Assembly: GCA_965227295.1 (NCBI GenBank)
Contig: OZ245742.1
Coordinates: 128,001 to 192,000, forward strand
From: Leptonemataceae bacterium
Lineage (GTDB): Bacteria; Spirochaetota; Leptospiria; Leptospirales; Leptonemataceae
Direction of reading: 5' to 3'
DNA: 64,000 nt
Every line of letters begins with the position of its first letter. Within the stretch, counting starts at the first letter, position 1. Of the stretch, positions 37,592 through 47,866 are shown one piece after another. The notes under the pieces were generated by a model. That model was not told the DNA's origin and did no database searches. It saw nothing but the letters and a program-made list of their open reading frames with translations. Position numbers and translations under genes: made by a program.

Positions 37592-37626
37592 AAAAACCGG
37601 CGTTCCGAATGGGCGCCGGTTTTTTT
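37592..37626. terminator. Bidirectional intrinsic terminator
   Basis: AAAAACCGGCGTTC-cgaat-GGGCGCCGGTTTTTTT between convergent genes. Confidence 0.85.
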
Positions 37627-37636
37627 ATTGCTCTCG

Positions 37637-39598
37637 TTAATAATGTAAACTCCCTTTGTAGTACAACGACCGGCTGAGCCGGGTGGCCCGCGGGTTGTCC
37701 GGGGCGATTTCCAGAACCTCTTCCAGAACAGCGCGGGCCTCGTAGTAGTCGCTGTTGAGCCGGTAGAGTTCGGCGAGGTTTAACAGATTCATAATGTGAC
37801 CGCGGTCCCGCAGGCGGCAACGCTCCCCGAAGTCGATGCCGCGCGACAACGGAACGTCGCCGTCGAGCAGATACGTGGCGCGCACGCCGAAGGCCGCGAT
37901 GTACAAATACTCCGTCTCCGACGGCACCAGCCAGGCCAGGGTTTCGTAGACCCGCGAAGAGTCTTTGATGCGCCGGTTCGCGCGATAGATGGTCGCCAGG
38001 TACGGATAGATTTCCGGATCGTCGTCCTTGAAGGCCAGGGCCTTTTCGAAGGCCTCGCAGGCGTCCGCGTATTTGCCGGCCTGGAAGTACTTCTTGCCCT
38101 TTTGTTTCAGATGAATGTATCCCGGCGGCGGCATGTGATAGTCGTCGGCCTCCTCCTGGCGATACGCCGCCCGCAGGATGCTGACGTCGTCGGCCAGCGT
38201 GCCCGTTTCCAGCGTTCGATCCAATATGCCGTTCAGATCGCCGCGCGCATCTTCCACCAGGCGCAGAAACAGCGCCTCGTCCTCGTTCATGGTGTCTTCT
38301 TCGCCGCTCTCACCGGGAGCGATGAGGATGTCCTGGCGCCCGTCGGAACCGATCAACAACACGTCCCGGGCCGCAAGTTGCAGGACATTGATTTGAAAGG
38401 GTTTGTTTAATCCGGCCATGCCCTGCATGCCGAGCTTCGGCATGATGTACTCATCGTCGCGGGCAAAGCGCGCCCGGCCGTCGCGATACAACACGACGCG
38501 CGGATGCTCGGCGTTCACATAGTAGGCCACCCCGCGCTGTTCTTCGATGAGCCCGCAGACGACGGTGGCCGTCATGCTGCCGTCGAAGGATCGAAAGACG
38601 TCGTGCAATTGTTGAAAGCAATCCTGCAACCAGCGTTCCGGCGAACGAGCGGCGGCGGCGGCGCTGTGCTCCGAACGACTGAGAATGGACTTGAAAACCG
38701 TGCCGAGGACCAGAGCTCCGCCGGCCCCCTGCATGGACTTGCCCATGGCGTCACCGTTGATGAAGGCCGTGTAGTCACGGTTCTGCAAACGAATGCGCTG
38801 GGCCGCGGAGAGATCGCCGCCGAGTTCCACATCCCAGCGTCGAAAGCGGAAGGCCTTCATCTGTCGGGTAACAACCTCGATCTTTAAGTGCGGGCTCGCC
38901 ACGTCGCTACCGGTCAGCGGTTCAATGAGGCGGCTCGTGAGAAAGTAGTCCCCGTCCTGTCGACTCTTCAGGATGTTCAACTGGCGCACGGTGGCGGCGA
39001 GTATGCGCGTCTTGCGATTGCTTTCGATGGTTTGCCGCAGCAGACGATCCCGATAGAAGACCGCCGCCACACTGAATACGATCACACCGATCAACGACGG
39101 CACGATAGCCTGGGATTCGTACTCGCCGGCAATGAACAGGGCGCACGACAGTGCAAAGATGACCGCCAGATTCAACAGGGCGACGCGCGGCTGCATGTGA
39201 ACGAGCATCGCAAACGAGAAGATCAACAGCACCAGGACGTACGGTGTGCCGGTGGCGGGGTTCAGAAACAGCAGGACGAGCTGACAGACGATGAGGGAGT
39301 ATCCCGCCACGAGAAAGGCCGGGAGAACCCAGCGACGCAGGCCGCGCCGGGAAAGACCGACGGCAACAAACAGTACGAAACAAACGGCGAAGACGGTCAG
39401 ATCGCCGAGGACGAAGTAGTTCCGAATCTGCGCGCCGGCGCTCGCCCCGACCAAAAAGTAATCCAGCACGGCAAAGGCCGGCATGATCAAGCAGAGCATG
39501 GTCACCACGAAGGGCATGAGTCGCAGGTTCTGGCGCCGGTACTCCACCGCCAGTTCCCGTTGCGCCCGCGAGCGTCGGCCTGCGAACAAACTTTTCAT
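37637..39598 (-). CDS. Membrane SpoIIE/PP2C phosphatase with C-terminal TPR
   Basis: N-terminal TM bundle; QDGDYFLTS, ELGGD, NGDAMGKSMQGAGGA, GSDGRQD, DDVSIL; TPR tail. Confidence 0.9.
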   Translation of the reverse strand: MKSLFAGRRSRAQRELAVEYRRQNLRLMPFVVTMLCLIMPAFAVLDYFLVGASAGAQIRNYFVLGDLTVFAVCFVLFVAVGLSRRGLRRWVLPAFLVAGYSLIVCQLVLLFLNPATGTPYVLVLLIFSFAMLVHMQPRVALLNLAVIFALSCALFIAGEYESQAIVPSLIGVIVFSVAAVFYRDRLLRQTIESNRKTRILAATVRQLNILKSRQDGDYFLTSRLIEPLTGSDVASPHLKIEVVTRQMKAFRFRRWDVELGGDLSAAQRIRLQNRDYTAFINGDAMGKSMQGAGGALVLGTVFKSILSRSEHSAAAAARSPERWLQDCFQQLHDVFRSFDGSMTATVVCGLIEEQRGVAYYVNAEHPRVVLYRDGRARFARDDEYIMPKLGMQGMAGLNKPFQINVLQLAARDVLLIGSDGRQDILIAPGESGEEDTMNEDEALFLRLVEDARGDLNGILDRTLETGTLADDVSILRAAYRQEEADDYHMPPPGYIHLKQKGKKYFQAGKYADACEAFEKALAFKDDDPEIYPYLATIYRANRRIKDSSRVYETLAWLVPSETEYLYIAAFGVRATYLLDGDVPLSRGIDFGERCRLRDRGHIMNLLNLAELYRLNSDYYEARAVLEEVLEIAPDNPRATRLSRSLYYKGSLHY

Positions 39599-39613
39599 GG
39601 ATGGAAACTCACC

Positions 39614-40054
39614 TCAAAACTCTTGATGCAGAATGTTACGGCCCCGGGCATGCACGGTTCTCGCGATCAGGTACATCAGCAGGCCGGAAGGTCCTAAGAA
39701 AAGCGTAAATACCAGACACGGCGCGCTGATCCAACGAGAAATCCCCCGGCTGCGTGCGTTTTCGCTGATCCAGGTTCCGACCACAAGATCAAAGCAAAGA
39801 TAATGGACCCAGCCGGCCAACAGCACATACGGATGCTGGAACAGGAGGGCTACGTCCGCAAGGGAGCCGAAGCCGCCCTCGGCCTGGCCGAAATAGCGGA
39901 TTACCAACCACACGTAGAGCACGGCCAGGAGCGCCGGGAGCAACATGGCGTGAACCACGATGCGCGTACCGCGCCAGTCGGGGAGAATCAGCAGGAGGAG
40001 CCAGCCGGGAAGCACTCCGTAGGTGGCGAGGGTGAACAGGGTTTCATAGTGCAT
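39614..40054 (-). CDS. ABA4-like (DUF4281) membrane protein
   Basis: GGFGSL, LAGWVHYLCFDLVVG, LFLGPSGLLMY. Confidence 0.88.
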   Translation of the reverse strand: MHYETLFTLATYGVLPGWLLLLILPDWRGTRIVVHAMLLPALLAVLYVWLVIRYFGQAEGGFGSLADVALLFQHPYVLLAGWVHYLCFDLVVGTWISENARSRGISRWISAPCLVFTLFLGPSGLLMYLIARTVHARGRNILHQEF

Positions 40055-40201
40055 CCGTTCCTTATGAGACGAATCATCCGGTGTTGAAAGAGTTTTTTTT
40101 GCCGCGCAAGGCCGTGCTAACTTTTTCTGAACAAAAGCTACGGCGAGTCTACGCCAGGAAATAGCCCTTGCATGGAAGGGCCGTTCTGTACGGATGTGCG
40201 C

Positions 40202-41026
40202 ATGAGCGGACGGAATCGTAGCATTGTCCTCCTGACGGACTTCGGCCTCGTGGACTGGTTCGTCGGAGTCATGCACGGCGTCATTGCCGGCATCGCTCCC
40301 GGCGTCGGCGTCGTCGATTTGTCCCACGAGGTGCGTCGCGGCGACGTGCGCGACGGCGCCTTTTTTCTCGAAGCCGCGGTGCCGTACTTTCCGGAGGGCA
40401 CCATCTTCTGCTGCGTCGTGGACCCGGGCGTCGGTACACACCGGCGCGCCGTGATCGTCGAAGCCGACGGGCGTTTCTTTGTCGCTCCGGACAACGGTCT
40501 GCTTTCGTACGTCCTGCCGGTCGCGGAGGCCGGAGCGTTAACCGCGTTCGCCGTCGAACATCCGGACTGGATGCTTGCAAGTCCGAGCAGTACCTTTCAC
40601 GGCCGGGACGTCTTCGCGCCGGCCGCGGCACATCTTGCCGCAGGGAGCGACATCCGCACGGCCGGGCCCGAACTCAAGCCGGCCGATCTGGTACGTCTGG
40701 AACGATTGCAACCAACCTTCGCGGACGAGCACGTGCACGGCAACGTGTTGCACGTGGATCGTTTCGGGAATCTCATCAGCAACATTCGCGGGGACATCCT
40801 GCGAGATCGCTATCCCGATCGCCCGTCGGCGCACTGGCATCTGCGGATTCGGAACCTGCTGCTGAACGGCCTCGCCACGACCTACGGTGACCGCGCCCCC
40901 GGCGAATTTTTGTTCTATGACGGATCGGCGGGGTACATCGAGGTTGCCGAGAATTTGGGAAACGCGGCGGAACGACTGGGCGCGGATGCCGGCTCGAAGG
41001 TGGAGTTGTTTTTTACACAGGCCTGA
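40202..41026 (+). CDS. SAM hydroxide adenosyltransferase (DUF62, fluorinase/chlorinase family)
   Basis: LLTDFG, VVDPGVGT, APDNGLL, STFHGRDVFAP, HVDRFGNLISN. Confidence 0.92.
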   Translation: MSGRNRSIVLLTDFGLVDWFVGVMHGVIAGIAPGVGVVDLSHEVRRGDVRDGAFFLEAAVPYFPEGTIFCCVVDPGVGTHRRAVIVEADGRFFVAPDNGLLSYVLPVAEAGALTAFAVEHPDWMLASPSSTFHGRDVFAPAAAHLAAGSDIRTAGPELKPADLVRLERLQPTFADEHVHGNVLHVDRFGNLISNIRGDILRDRYPDRPSAHWHLRIRNLLLNGLATTYGDRAPGEFLFYDGSAGYIEVAENLGNAAERLGADAGSKVELFFTQA

Positions 41027-41029
41027 AAC

Positions 41030-42418
41030 ATGACCGACACACCGACATACGAAGAATACATTGAACAAACGAAGCTGGCCCTGCAAAGCGGCGACATACA
41101 GGAAGCACTAAGATCACTTCAGTGGACCTTACGATTTCCCGCCGCCGATCTCGACTCGCCGGAGCGCTGGGCCGGGGCATTTCAGTTGCTGGCGGACGCC
41201 GGCGCCCGGGTGGCCGGCGAAGACTTCAAAGCAAGCATCGCGGCGATTGTCGAAAGCCCGGACGACGTGAACGCCCTCTACAAAGCCGGCTACGATCTCA
41301 TTGAGTACAATCTGCCGGCCATCGCGGCGACGGTGCTGGCCCGGGCCAACGCGACGGCCCCCGGCCAGGAAGGCATCGTCGCCGAACTGGTGGCCGCCTT
41401 CGAACGCGAGGGTTGGAACCACGCCGCGTGCGAGGTACTGCGCAAAGAAACGGAACTGCTGGAACGCAGCTTCATCTGCCGGTACCTGCTCGTGTTCAAC
41501 TCGATTCTCTCAGGCGATCTGAAGACAGCCCGGGAAAACCAGGCGCATCTTCGGCCGGCCGACGACGAGCAGCAGCGTTTCATGGTAAGTACCACCCAGG
41601 CAATGTTAGAACGCGCCGACTTCATTACACAGAACGATCTCGGCAAACTCGATACGATTCCTGGCGAGTTCGCCACGGACCTGCGGGCGTGGCAGTTCGT
41701 AATTTCGGCGACCGTGATGCTGCACATTTCCCGCGAAGGCTTCGATGAAGGCATGCACGGGCGCTACGCCTTCGTTCAGGATTCCTTCGAGCTCTGCCAC
41801 GCCGGTTTGCAAAAGCTGCGCATGCTGCTGGGCGTGAGCGGTCGTCTGCCGAAATCGGTCGCGTATCTTCCCGAGCGCAACAGCGAAATCCTGGGTCACG
41901 CCGCGGCGCAACTCTTCGGAGTCGAAGCGCGGCCCTTCCTGCCGGAAAACGCCGACGACGACTTTGTGGATGCAAGCAACATAGAACTCATCGTCGCGTA
42001 CGATCTGAACGCCCTCTCCGATGAACGCCTCGCGCAAACAATCTATCCGCTGCTCCGCAACGCCGATCCCGGACGACTGCTCTTCACCCACGCCATGAAC
42101 TGGACCGCCGACTTTCCGGTCGCCCCGGACGTCTGCACGTTTCTGTACCAGGCGTGCACATCTCCCTGGGGCGAACGTTTGACCTTCGGCGCATCCAACG
42201 AGGTCACGCAAACCTCGGCCATGACCGAAGACCCGGGCGTGATTGCGCAGTTGATTCTCGATGCAAAGATCGACGACGCCGAATTGGAAGATCGCGACGC
42301 CCTGGAAAACTACGGGCGGGTGCTACGCGGTTCGGCGTTCGACTTTGTGGATCGGGAAATGCAGTCCCGCGCGCGGTTCTTCGTGGGTTCGCCGGTGACC
42401 AGCAATCGCTTTGTGTAA
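41030..42418 (+). CDS. Hypothetical protein with TPR-like N-terminal half
   Basis: 462-aa ORF 3 nt after the previous stop; helical repeats; MHGRYAF motif of unknown family. Confidence 0.65.
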   Translation: MTDTPTYEEYIEQTKLALQSGDIQEALRSLQWTLRFPAADLDSPERWAGAFQLLADAGARVAGEDFKASIAAIVESPDDVNALYKAGYDLIEYNLPAIAATVLARANATAPGQEGIVAELVAAFEREGWNHAACEVLRKETELLERSFICRYLLVFNSILSGDLKTARENQAHLRPADDEQQRFMVSTTQAMLERADFITQNDLGKLDTIPGEFATDLRAWQFVISATVMLHISREGFDEGMHGRYAFVQDSFELCHAGLQKLRMLLGVSGRLPKSVAYLPERNSEILGHAAAQLFGVEARPFLPENADDDFVDASNIELIVAYDLNALSDERLAQTIYPLLRNADPGRLLFTHAMNWTADFPVAPDVCTFLYQACTSPWGERLTFGASNEVTQTSAMTEDPGVIAQLILDAKIDDAELEDRDALENYGRVLRGSAFDFVDREMQSRARFFVGSPVTSNRFV

Positions 42419-42457
42419 TCGCGCACGCCCCGATTCTAAGTACAGGCGGATACGAAC

Positions 42458-43570
42458 TTACTGCTGTTTTTTCTTCTCCGCTTCGAGCAGCATCCGCTTC
42501 GTCCGCCAGCGCACTCGCCGGCGCGCCTTATCCAGAATCTCCGCTTCGAGACGCATGACCGCGTCGTCGACGTCGGCGACGTTCTCCCGCGATTCGCGCG
42601 CCTCCAGGTTTTTGTGACGACGGCCGTGTTCTTGCAGGAACCGAAACAGGCGGTTCGGATGGTTCGTGAACATGCCGTCCACGTTCATGTCCAGGAACTT
42701 TTCCATGTCGCGGTAGCTGTTGATCGTGAACGGCAGAACTTTGACGTCGACGTCGTGGCAGAGGTTCACGAACTTCTGCGTAAGATCCACCGAGTGCGGG
42801 TTAAAGGCGACCATGCCGTACTTTTCTTTGAGATGTTTCGGACTCAGGCGCCCCACGTCCTTGTAGTGCAGCAGCGCCGTTTTGATTTCCGGCGCAATGC
42901 TCCGAATCCGCTCCAGGAAGGCCCAGCGAAACGAAGAGACGATTACACGATCGGTAACGCCGTAGCGTCGCACGGCCTGGACCACCTGGTGCTCCACACC
43001 GTCTTTTTGAAACTCTTCTTCCCAGCACTCTTTCTTGATTTCGATGTTCACCATGATCCCGGCGCCGCGGGAAATCAAGAGTACCTCGTCCAACGACGGC
43101 AGGTGCGCCCCGGTGTACTTCGGGTGAAACCAGCTCCCGGCGTCCAGTTTGCGCAGATCGCGATAGTCCCACTCGTGGACGTACCCGGCGCCGTCCGTCG
43201 TGCGACTGAGCGTGTTGTCGTGCAGAATGATCAGCCGGCGATCCCGGGTCATGGTAACGTCGAACTCGATCATGTGGCAGCCCAGCTTGATCGCCTCGCG
43301 CAATCCGATGAGCGTGTTCTCCGGATACGAACCGCTCCAACCGCGATGGGCAATGACCATGAAATCCTCCGGACCCTTAAGTTCCGCAAGGTCAATCTTA
43401 GCGTCCTCCGCGGCGCGCTCCAGATCCCGGCGCTCCTGTTCCAGGGCGTGCCCGGCCTTCTGGTACTCCGCCTGCAACTCCGTGTTGATCAGTTGATCGA
43501 AGGCTTCCAGGCGAATGCGGATTTCTTCTTCGGTGTAGTTATAGAATTCAGGGTACGTTTTCGATGACAT
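42458..43570 (-). CDS. Glycerophosphodiester phosphodiesterase
   Basis: IAHRGWSGSYPENTL, IEFDV, ILHD, NIEIK, VDGMFTNHP; coiled-coil N- and C-terminal extensions. Confidence 0.92.
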   Translation of the reverse strand: MSSKTYPEFYNYTEEEIRIRLEAFDQLINTELQAEYQKAGHALEQERRDLERAAEDAKIDLAELKGPEDFMVIAHRGWSGSYPENTLIGLREAIKLGCHMIEFDVTMTRDRRLIILHDNTLSRTTDGAGYVHEWDYRDLRKLDAGSWFHPKYTGAHLPSLDEVLLISRGAGIMVNIEIKKECWEEEFQKDGVEHQVVQAVRRYGVTDRVIVSSFRWAFLERIRSIAPEIKTALLHYKDVGRLSPKHLKEKYGMVAFNPHSVDLTQKFVNLCHDVDVKVLPFTINSYRDMEKFLDMNVDGMFTNHPNRLFRFLQEHGRRHKNLEARESRENVADVDDAVMRLEAEILDKARRRVRWRTKRMLLEAEKKKQQ

Positions 43571-43599
43571 ACTTTAGAACTTAAGCGACAGGGAGGAAT

Positions 43600-45819
43600 T
43601 TACTCAGCCCCCGGATGATACTCCCGCTCGGTGCGCGCACGCAGGTCCGCCTCGTGAAACAAGGACGGCCGCAGCAGTCGCCGGCTCATGAGGAACGCCT
43701 GGTCGTCGTAATGCTCCGACTCCGGCCGCGAGACGTTGCCGAACTGATGCAACGAAAACGAACGCGGGCCGTCCGGCGTGAACTCCACGATCTGCACGTA
43801 GGTGTCCCCGGCCCAACCGACGAGCTTGCCGTCCGGCGCGGGTTTGGTGTGCACGGCGTTGAGAATATCCGGCCCGCCGCCCATGGGCAGGTCCGTTTCG
43901 CCGCGACGAATGCGCTGGGCCTCGCCGAGGGGCACGTCGATGCGGCCAAAGTTCTTTAAAAGATAAGTTACGGCCTCGCGGAATCCGTCGCAGGGATCCG
44001 GGCGGTACAACGAGCGCTCCAGGACCGCGGTGATCGTGGGCTGGAACGTACGAATCGCCAGGGCGGCCGTGGTGTCCGTCATATGGGTGCTGCCGTCCCA
44101 GCGATGCAGCATTTCGAGGCCGCGCTGTTCGAAGCCGTTCCGCGCCTCGCAGCCGGCGAGCACCGGATAGATGACGTCCGTGTAAATGGGCGCGTCCTTC
44201 GAGTAGTATTGATCCCACTTGTAGCGCTGGAATTCCTCGGCCGTGATGGACTCGTCGCCGCCGAAGAGTTCGCGCGAGCGGATCGCGCGGTTGGTCATGC
44301 GTGTTTCGATGCCGTCCGCCGGAGAATAGTTGTCGCGCCGCGGGTTGCCGTTGCCGGTGGTCGTAAAGAACGGATCGCTGTTGCAGTTCTGTACGAAATC
44401 CGCCGGCGGGTTCAGCACCGACGGCAACCGGTCAAAAGGCAGCACTTCCGGATCCCACAGCGCCGCGAGTTCATTGCCGGGCAGCACGGTACGATAGTCG
44501 TAACGCTCGTCGCGATTCGGCAGGAGGGCGTTATAAACGTAAAAGATGTTGCGCGCATCGGCGTAGATCGTATGCATCATGGGAACGTTCTGGCGGCGCA
44601 TGGCGTCACGCCACTCATCGAAGTTGCGCGCCTTGTTCATACGATACCACTGCTCCACGGCCCCGACCTCGCGCCCGGCGGCGGTGTGGCGAATGGCATA
44701 ATAACCGGCCTTGCCCTTGATCACCGGGCCGTGCACGCTCCGGTAAAACGTCTGCTCCAGCACGAACTCCGGCAGCGGAATCTCGAACAAACCCACGTCC
44801 ACCATGATCCGCGAGCGATACGTTTCTAACTCACGCCACTCATCACCCAGGCGGTACGTCAACTCACGCTCCGGATGCATCTCCAGTTTATAGATGTCCC
44901 ACATGTCCGGCGCGTTTACCGTGTGCGCCCAGCCCAAATTCTCGTTGTGCCCCACGAAAATGACCGGGGCGCCGGGGAACGTGCCGCCGATCGTGTTCCA
45001 GCCTTCCTCCGAAACGACGTGGGCCTCGTACCAGGCCACGGCGCCGGTGTAAGGTTGATGTGAGTTTACATTAAGCCGCACGATGCCGTCCGCCGAGCGC
45101 CGCCGGCCCACGGCGTGAGCGTTCGAACCGATCATGCGCGGAAAAACGACAGCCGCCTCATCCTCCTGCTTCTCGTAGTAATCCCCGAAGCCCGCCTGCA
45201 CCGGATCGCCCACGTTCAACTCCTCGGCGTCCAGGATCGCCTTGATTCCGGCGTTCACGCGCTGAAACAGCGGCAGCTTATGTGCGAAACCGCGGGCGAC
45301 GTCGACGCCGGTGATGGGCAGAAAACGGCCGTCGGCCTCGTCGGGATGACGGGCGGCATAGAAGTTCAGGCCGGCGGCGTAAGCTTCGAGGACGGCTTTC
45401 ATCTCCGGTGAGAGCCGTGCGTACTGCTGTTCCGCCGCTGCCTGAACGCGAAACGAGCGCACAAAGAAGTCGTTGCCGACGGCGGTTTCGCTCAGGAGCG
45501 CGCGGGACAGTTCGCCCCGGGCCGCGGTGAGCGCGAGGAAGATGGTCCGCCAGTCGTCCTCGGCGTGGGCGTAGGCGAAACCGAAGGCCGCGTCGGCGTC
45601 GGTCTTACCGAAGATGTGCGGCACGCCGAATTCATCGCGGACGATGGTGACACGTTCGGCCCGGACGAGCTGCGCCTCGGTGACGCCGGGCACCGCCGGA
45701 AACGTGAGCGCCGGGCGCACGAGATACCAGAGCCAGCCCAGGAAAACCAGCGCAAGCACGGCGACAAACACCCGCATAATACGGGACGAAAAGGGAATAC
45801 GTTCGAGGAGCTTCATCAT
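43600..45819 (-). CDS. Penicillin/AHL acylase-family Ntn hydrolase
   Basis: RDEFGVPHIFG, GFAYAHAED, GSNAHAV (beta-subunit Ser), NSHQP, QNCNSDP. Confidence 0.92.
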   Translation of the reverse strand: MMKLLERIPFSSRIMRVFVAVLALVFLGWLWYLVRPALTFPAVPGVTEAQLVRAERVTIVRDEFGVPHIFGKTDADAAFGFAYAHAEDDWRTIFLALTAARGELSRALLSETAVGNDFFVRSFRVQAAAEQQYARLSPEMKAVLEAYAAGLNFYAARHPDEADGRFLPITGVDVARGFAHKLPLFQRVNAGIKAILDAEELNVGDPVQAGFGDYYEKQEDEAAVVFPRMIGSNAHAVGRRRSADGIVRLNVNSHQPYTGAVAWYEAHVVSEEGWNTIGGTFPGAPVIFVGHNENLGWAHTVNAPDMWDIYKLEMHPERELTYRLGDEWRELETYRSRIMVDVGLFEIPLPEFVLEQTFYRSVHGPVIKGKAGYYAIRHTAAGREVGAVEQWYRMNKARNFDEWRDAMRRQNVPMMHTIYADARNIFYVYNALLPNRDERYDYRTVLPGNELAALWDPEVLPFDRLPSVLNPPADFVQNCNSDPFFTTTGNGNPRRDNYSPADGIETRMTNRAIRSRELFGGDESITAEEFQRYKWDQYYSKDAPIYTDVIYPVLAGCEARNGFEQRGLEMLHRWDGSTHMTDTTAALAIRTFQPTITAVLERSLYRPDPCDGFREAVTYLLKNFGRIDVPLGEAQRIRRGETDLPMGGGPDILNAVHTKPAPDGKLVGWAGDTYVQIVEFTPDGPRSFSLHQFGNVSRPESEHYDDQAFLMSRRLLRPSLFHEADLRARTEREYHPGAE

Positions 45820-45876
45820 TGACTGAATACCGGACCTCAGAAAGAACTGAACAAAACCGCTGTAAATCGGATTTTT

Positions 45877-46869
45877 ATGCCCGCACCCGCCCTTCGCCAG
45901 CGCACCGCCCCCGTGACGTCCTTCCTCATTCTCGTCAACACCGCGGTCTACATCTACGTCACCATCTTCGTCGGCCAGGCGGGCTCCTTCGCCTTCCTCG
46001 ATGACTACGGCCTGAACCCGCAGGAGTTCTGGGAGCATCAAAAAGTGTGGCAGCCGCTCACTTCGATGTTCATCCACGTCTTTCTCATTCATTATGCCTT
46101 CAATATGCTGGCGCTGTGGTCCGTGGGCACGCCCCTCGAAATGACCATCGGCTCGGTGGGTTTCGCCTGGCTCTACATGATTTCCGGTTTTGCGGGTTCG
46201 ATCTTCCTGTTGATCTTTAATCCGGACCTGCCCGGCGGCGCCCACGGCGCGTCCGGCGCGGTCTTCGGCCTGCTCGGCGCCCTCGCCATCTTTTATCCCA
46301 ACTCACGTCTGCTCGTCATGTTCATTCCCATGAAGGCCATTACCGCCGCCTTCGCCCTGGCCGGCCTGTCGTTGTTCATGTATCTGTTCGACGTGTTGAC
46401 GATCATCGCGCACATGGCGCACCTGGGCGGCCTCGTCGGCGGTTTTCTGTACTCGAAGTTCGCGCTGCAATTACAGATCGGCCGCAGCACGCTGAGGGCT
46501 TCTCCGGGTGTTGCCTGGTGGGACGAACGCAAACGCAAGGCCACGCCCGAAGAAGAGGTGCTGCGCATGATGCGCGGCCTCGCCGACGACGACGCGAAAC
46601 CGCAGCCCCGGTCCCCGTACTCCGACGCGCGAAGCGATGTGTTGAATCAAACGCAGCAGACACCGGATCTTAAGACGCCCGCGCCGGAAGTTAAGGACGA
46701 TGCGGCGCCGATGCCGTCAACGCCGCCGACGCGTGAGGGCCCGCCGGATAGTTCGCCGCCGGATCAGCCGGCGCCTCCCGATGGTTCGCAGAGTCCGGCC
46801 CCGGAGCCGGGCAGCGGAGAGAAGCGGCTGCACTTCAATCCGGAGACGGGCAAGTTCGAGTTACGGTGA
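45877..46869 (+). CDS. Rhomboid intramembrane serine protease with Pro-rich tail
   Basis: TSMFIH, HYAFNM, GASGAVFG, AHLGG. Confidence 0.92.
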   Translation: MPAPALRQRTAPVTSFLILVNTAVYIYVTIFVGQAGSFAFLDDYGLNPQEFWEHQKVWQPLTSMFIHVFLIHYAFNMLALWSVGTPLEMTIGSVGFAWLYMISGFAGSIFLLIFNPDLPGGAHGASGAVFGLLGALAIFYPNSRLLVMFIPMKAITAAFALAGLSLFMYLFDVLTIIAHMAHLGGLVGGFLYSKFALQLQIGRSTLRASPGVAWWDERKRKATPEEEVLRMMRGLADDDAKPQPRSPYSDARSDVLNQTQQTPDLKTPAPEVKDDAAPMPSTPPTREGPPDSSPPDQPAPPDGSQSPAPEPGSGEKRLHFNPETGKFELR

Positions 46870-47745
46870 GTCTCCTGGCCGCTCTCGAATGTGCACATCT
46901 CTCTGCGGAAACGGCACGCGCACGCCGTACTCGCGCATCTTCGCGTGAATCGCAAAGTTCAAATCGCTCACCAGGCGACCTTTGCGGTGCAGCCGTTCCT
47001 TCGTAAACACGCGCAGATCAAACTTTAAGCCGCTGTCACCGAACTCCAGGAAGCGCACCACCGGCTCCGGAAAGTCCAGGACGTCGTCGTGCTCCGCCGC
47101 GGCCTCGAGCAACGCGCGCTGTACATTGTCCAGATCGCTCTCGTAATCGACGAGCAGCGGAATGCGAAAGCGAATGCGTTGTTCGGTGTGGGACCAGTTG
47201 ATCACGTTCTCCGAAACGAAACGCGAGTTGGGAATGATGATGGCGATGTCGTCGTTCGTGAGGACCGTCGTACTGCGCAGGCCGATGTTCAAAACGGTGC
47301 CCTCGACGCCGCCGACTTCGACGCGGTCGCCGATCTTGATCGGCCGCTCGAACAGAATGATCACCCCGCTTACGAAGTTATCGGCGATGTTCTGCAATCC
47401 GAAGCCCAGGCCGACGCCCACGGCACCGGCGATAACGGTGAGCGTCGTCAGATCAATGCCGGTGCTCTGCACGATGACCAGCAGGCCGATCAGAATCACC
47501 ACGTAACGCACGATGCTGCCGATGGCCTGGCGCACGCCGATGTCGACTTTACTCTTCGCGAACAGGCGGTCCGTGATGAGCGCGGTCAGCCGTTTGGTAA
47601 TGACGAACAACAGGATCACGGCGACCAGGAAGTACGTTACTGTCCACACGGTGATGGTCTTACTTTCGAGTTCCACGAGGGGGATGGCCAGCCACTCCGG
47701 CACCGCGCCGAGCATATCCCACATCCATCGCATCATCTCACTCAA
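46861..47745 (-). CDS. MscS-family mechanosensitive channel
   Basis: GLGFGLQNIADNFVSG, ERPIKIGD, IIPNS, PFPQRD. Confidence 0.93.
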   Translation of the reverse strand: MSEMMRWMWDMLGAVPEWLAIPLVELESKTITVWTVTYFLVAVILLFVITKRLTALITDRLFAKSKVDIGVRQAIGSIVRYVVILIGLLVIVQSTGIDLTTLTVIAGAVGVGLGFGLQNIADNFVSGVIILFERPIKIGDRVEVGGVEGTVLNIGLRSTTVLTNDDIAIIIPNSRFVSENVINWSHTEQRIRFRIPLLVDYESDLDNVQRALLEAAAEHDDVLDFPEPVVRFLEFGDSGLKFDLRVFTKERLHRKGRLVSDLNFAIHAKMREYGVRVPFPQRDVHIRERPGDSP

Positions 47746-47777
47746 ATCATTCTGCTCCCGTACAACGCGACCGAACG

Positions 47778-47806
47778 TTGCCCGCGGCCGCCGCCGTGTT
47801 TATACT
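47778..47806 (+). promoter_or_regulatory. Sigma70-like promoter of the aldehyde dehydrogenase gene
   Basis: TTGCCC-N17-TATACT; an additional TATAAT at 47819-47824. Confidence 0.5.
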
Positions 47807-47866
47807 GTTGCGTGTAAGTATAATAAAAGAAAACGTGGATTCCTTCAACGACTCCCGGACCAATCG

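Noticed and set aside
40202-41026. Halogenase (fluorinase/chlorinase) of a natural-product cluster
   Set aside because: It has the HGRD motif typical of the widespread SAM hydrolase branch and no biosynthetic cluster context
45877-46869. Rhomboid protease as the degradation partner of the Pup-like system
   Set aside because: It lies over 4 kb away with unrelated genes between; there is no evidence of linkage without comparative genomics
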